Source of the DNA: Candidatus Methylomirabilota bacterium
GTDB lineage: Bacteria; Methylomirabilota; Methylomirabilia; Rokubacteriales; CSP1-6
Assembly (NCBI GenBank): GCA_046726415.1
Contig: JBKPAK010000319.1
Location: forward strand, 1 to 21,171
Length of the DNA stretch: 21,171 nt
Direction: 5' to 3'
Shown here: positions 18,849 to 21,171 of the stretch, piece after piece
Numbering within the stretch: position 1 is the stretch's first letter
Layout of the letters: each line of letters begins with the position of its first letter
The notes under the pieces: model-generated
Told to the model about the DNA's origin: nothing
Seen by the model: only the letters and a program-made list of their open reading frames with translations
Databases searched by the model: none
Made by a program: the position numbers and the translations under genes

Positions 18849-19062
18849 TCACAGGTCTTCAGGCCGCAGGCCCGTGCGCTTGGCGATCCGGGCCAGCATG
18901 CGGGGGCCGATCTCCTCGTCCTCAATGGAAAGCGAACACGAAATCGGCCCAGCCGGGCCGCGATAGTGTTCGATGGGAGCCCGACTGACGCTTGATCATC
19001 CAGCCAATCCTCAGCAGGGCTGCCAGCACCCGGCGAGCTCGGGTGCTGGGCCAGGCGCTCAC
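18849..19062 (-). pseudogene. hicA: HicA toxin (type II toxin-antitoxin), +1 frameshift
   Basis: GTG start overlaps the hicB stop. MSAWPSTRARRVLAALLRIGWMIKRQSGSHRTLSRPGWADFVFAFH, then an extra T at ~18924, then EDEEIGPRMLARIAKRTGLRPEDL*; GSH motif present. Confidence 0.88.
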
Positions 19063-19268
19063 GCCGCGTTGAAGGAGATGCTCAGCAGTTCAGGTCCTGC
19101 CTCACCGTGCTCGAGCCGCTCGGCGACGACGCGCAGCGCGAGCGCCTGGACCCGTGAAAGGGCCGCCTCCTGCGTCTCGCCGTACGCGAGGACGCCAGGC
19201 AGCTCCAAGACCTCGGCCAACCAGCGACCGTCGTCCTCGCGTTCGATCTCAACCTTGAACGTGATCAA
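19059..19268 (-). CDS. hicB: HicB family antitoxin (short form)
   Basis: EIEREDDGRWLAEVLELPGVLAYGETQEAAL; translationally coupled to hicA. Confidence 0.9.
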   Translation of the reverse strand: MITFKVEIEREDDGRWLAEVLELPGVLAYGETQEAALSRVQALALRVVAERLEHGEAGPELLSISFNAA

Positions 19269-19288
19269 GCCAGGATCCCCGGGTCACG

Positions 19289-19317
19289 AGTATACGATGC
19301 GCCGCTCGCCCGCTCGA
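19289..19317 (-). promoter_or_regulatory. Candidate internal promoter of the hicBA cassette
   Basis: TATACT (19294-19289) with a weak -35 TCGAGC at 17-bp spacing. Toxin-antitoxin cassettes typically carry their own promoter. Confidence 0.5.
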
Positions 19318-19329
19318 CTGACGGAAGCT

Positions 19330-19398
19330 GCCGAACGCGGCGGTCACCGGCCGGATCGAGCGGAGCGAACCCCAGTCCGGTGGACTGCGGAGTTCGGC
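19330..19398 (-). repeat. attC site (69 bp)
   Basis: GCCGAAC TCCGC AGTCCACC GGACTGG...CCGGCC GGTGACC GCCGC GTTCGGC. Confidence 0.9.
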
Positions 19399-19424
19399 GG
19401 CATCGATTCGCGTCCTCCCTCTGG

Positions 19425-19889
19425 TTAGAGCGGATTGGGTCCGACGATCTCCCAGCCGTAACGCTGGCGCTGGTCGGCCTTCTCGCGCTCGGTCATCGAT
19501 GCACTCGTGCCCTGCGTGCGCTGTTGCTCCTCGAGCAGCCCGCCCGCTGCGGCCGGGGTGTAGAGGAACAGCACCCGCGCCGTCTCTGCGCCGCTGTTCT
19601 TCCAGGCATGCTGGACGCCGCGCGGCATGAAAGCACAGGTGCCGGGACCACCGGCTGTGATCTCGTCGCCGATCTTGAATGTGAGCTCGCCGCTCAGGAC
19701 GTAGGCCACCTCATCGCTGTCACGATGCACATGGAACCAGCTCTTTGTCGCTGCGGGGACGGTCTCCTCGAACAGCATGATGCTGCCTCCGGTCGCTCCG
19801 CCCAAGAGTTTGAGCACCAGCGATCGGCCAGGCGAAACGCTCCAGACCGAGCCCTCTCCCGGCAGCACAACGACCCCGTGTTCCCCCAT
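19425..19889 (-). CDS. Cupin domain protein (cassette)
   Basis: HVHRDSDEVAYVLSGE and GTCAFMPRGVQHAWKN cupin motifs; RBS GGAGG. Confidence 0.92.
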   Translation of the reverse strand: MGEHGVVVLPGEGSVWSVSPGRSLVLKLLGGATGGSIMLFEETVPAATKSWFHVHRDSDEVAYVLSGELTFKIGDEITAGGPGTCAFMPRGVQHAWKNSGAETARVLFLYTPAAAGGLLEEQQRTQGTSASMTEREKADQRQRYGWEIVGPNPL

Positions 19890-19972
19890 CGTCGATCCCT
19901 CCCCCTAGCGTTGTCGCACCACTTTGGACAGTGGCCCCACCCGGCGGTGCCGAGCTTGTTCCGGCCACGGCC

Positions 19973-20032
19973 GCCGAACGCCTGAGTTAAGCCGCGCCGC
20001 GAAGCGGCGTCGGCTTGAATGAATTGTTAGGC
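19973..20032 (-). repeat. attC site (60 bp), aadA/aadB-like
   Basis: GCCTAAC AATTC ATTCAAGC CGACGCCGCTTCGCGGCGCG GCTTAAC TCAGGC GTTCGGC; the gene's TAA stop lies inside R''. Confidence 0.96.
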
Positions 20033-20416
20033 CGCAGAGAGCGCACTGATCGTGACGTAGTAGCCGTCCGGATCTCGGAGTGAGAACTCCGAAGTTCCAG
20101 TGTTCGGGTTCACGTGGGGCTCCTCTTCGAGCCGAGTCATGAGAGCCCGTGCCCTTGGCAGGGCCATGTCGAAATCATCGACACGAAAGAACAAGAGGAG
20201 GCCGTTGCCAGGCTGGGCGTGATCGGGGCTCATCAAGGAGGGATGCTCGTGGGCACCCCACTCGTGGAGGCAGAGCAAGACCGTTCCATCCGAGTCGAGG
20301 ATTTGCCCGAAGTCGTCATGGGCGGGAGCCGTCTGCGGCAGGCCAAGCAGCGACTGGTACCATTTGAAGCTGCCGGGCACATCGCCAACCCCAATGATCG
20401 TCCAGGTGCGCCTCAT
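20027..20416 (-). CDS. VOC / glyoxalase family protein (cassette)
   Basis: V.DV..S..WYQ.LLG, LFFRVDD and EFSLRDPDGY motifs; RBS AGGAGG directly after the core site. Confidence 0.9.
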   Translation of the reverse strand: MRRTWTIIGVGDVPGSFKWYQSLLGLPQTAPAHDDFGQILDSDGTVLLCLHEWGAHEHPSLMSPDHAQPGNGLLLFFRVDDFDMALPRARALMTRLEEEPHVNPNTGTSEFSLRDPDGYYVTISALSAA

Positions 20417-20431
20417 GCGGGTCCTCCTGCG

Positions 20432-20489
20432 GCCTAACGCGAAGCATCACCTGCGGGCGAAGCCCGTCAGGTGGATGCAGTTGTTCGGC
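20432..20489 (-). repeat. attC site (58 bp)
   Basis: GCCGAAC AACTG CATCCACC TGACGGGC TTC GCCCGCA GGTGATG CTTCGC GTTAGGC. Confidence 0.93.
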
Positions 20490-20492
20490 GAC

Positions 20493-20969
20493 TCACCGTG
20501 CCGGTTTGGTCTGCAACGCGACTCGGAACGCATCGAAGAGCCATGCGCCATTCTGCTGAAGCGCCACAGCGGTGTAGTAATAGCGGCGGGTCTCCGCTTC
20601 AGGGGCACCTGGCTTGCCCACCACCACTTCGCCATCCAAGAGGGCCAGACCGGGGCCCAGCAGCCGAACCGTGTTCAGAGTAGTTGCGTGGCGGACCTCC
20701 GGCTGGACTCTGGGAAAGCTCTGAGCGTAGTGGCTGCGGAATTCCTCTCGACTGCGATGGTGACGAGTTCCGTAGATCCTGAAATCAACATCGGGCGTGA
20801 AGAGCCGGCTCATGGAGTCTGCGTCGCGAGCATTCCACCGAGCGTCCAGCTCCGCGACGAGAACTCGAAGCTGGGGCTCTAGCTCGGCCGCCTTACCGCC
20901 GGTCTGCGCGTGGACCGCCGGAACCGTGAAGAGCATCCAAAGGACGATCACGAACGGCGCAAGGGTCAT
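20493..20969 (-). CDS. Exported NTF2-like (SgcJ/EcaC, DUF4440) protein (first cassette)
   Basis: ATG 20969 after AGGAGG; signal peptide ending AVHA-Q; WNARDADSMSRLFTPD and QNGAWL motifs. Confidence 0.8.
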   Translation of the reverse strand: MTLAPFVIVLWMLFTVPAVHAQTGGKAAELEPQLRVLVAELDARWNARDADSMSRLFTPDVDFRIYGTRHHRSREEFRSHYAQSFPRVQPEVRHATTLNTVRLLGPGLALLDGEVVVGKPGAPEAETRRYYYTAVALQQNGAWLFDAFRVALQTKPAR

Positions 20970-21020
20970 TGTGTCACCCTCCTGCGGACCATGTACATGC
21001 GAGCCATGGAGCACTCGGTC

Positions 21021-21060
21021 GCCGAACGCTATCTCTCTTGAACTCGGCGATGCTTTCGCA
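21021..21060 (-). other. Candidate attI site
   Basis: The core GTTCGGCGAC matches the first cassette's R'' (GTCGCCGAAC), but no attC palindrome lies upstream within the window. Confidence 0.55.
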
Positions 21061-21171
21061 CAGTTCTGTGTATCCGCGCGGCGCACCACGGACGCCATAG
21101 GCAGAAGCCCGCCTTTTCGAGGCGTTGTGGGATGTGGTGCGATGCGTGCGCCCAGATATCTTGCGAGGCGT

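Larger units (their letters stand above)
9495..21027 (-). mobile_element. Integron gene-cassette array (~14 cassettes; intI not in window)
   Basis: Co-oriented unrelated genes, nearly all followed by an imperfect palindrome AAC...GTT with L boxes. For complete cassettes, the opening GTT core complements the cassette's own R'' box. Confidence 0.96.

Noticed and set aside
9669..20489. Intergenic palindromes read as CRISPR repeats, REP elements or terminators
   Set aside because: They separate whole genes, vary in sequence and length, lack U-tracts, and carry AAC/GTT boxes with attC-type asymmetry.
21024..21070. LexA box near the putative attI
   Set aside because: The GAAC/GTTC and CTGT/ACAG half-sites present do not have the spacing or orientation of SOS boxes I know.
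21028..21130. A 13th attC using CCACAAC (21124-21130) as R''
   Set aside because: No complementary L boxes or stem pair with the sequence next to the GTT at 21027.
1..21171. Integrase, transposase, tRNA or rRNA genes, or named resistance genes
   Set aside because: I saw no tyrosine-recombinase or DDE motifs and no RNA gene signatures. The GNAT and VOC proteins cannot be assigned to resistance families from sequence alone.

Overview
This GC-rich bacterial window has two halves. The left half (1-9454) holds ordinary chromosomal genes: a liv-type ABC operon with a livM-livG fusion, a DUF1989 gene, a DinB pseudogene, a MetX-like hydrolase, a porin fragment, and a cytochrome P450 with its ferredoxin. 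The right half (~9500-21030, minus strand) is an integron gene-cassette array that the ORF track does not show. I read 12 attC sites (one collapsed to 33 bp, two with damaged core boxes), one attC deletion scar, about 14 cassettes, and a candidate attI at ~21021-21060. No intI lies in the window; it is predicted just beyond the right edge. The cargo is mostly metabolic, plus a hicBA module whose toxin is frameshifted. Cassettes nearest the putative attI are intact and many distal ones are decayed. One cassette carries a 60-bp attC that, from memory, is nearly identical to the aadA/aadB attC of clinical integrons. Gene style suggests a Rokubacteria-like soil lineage, which is unverified inference. 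All family calls come from motif recognition by eye, not database searches.
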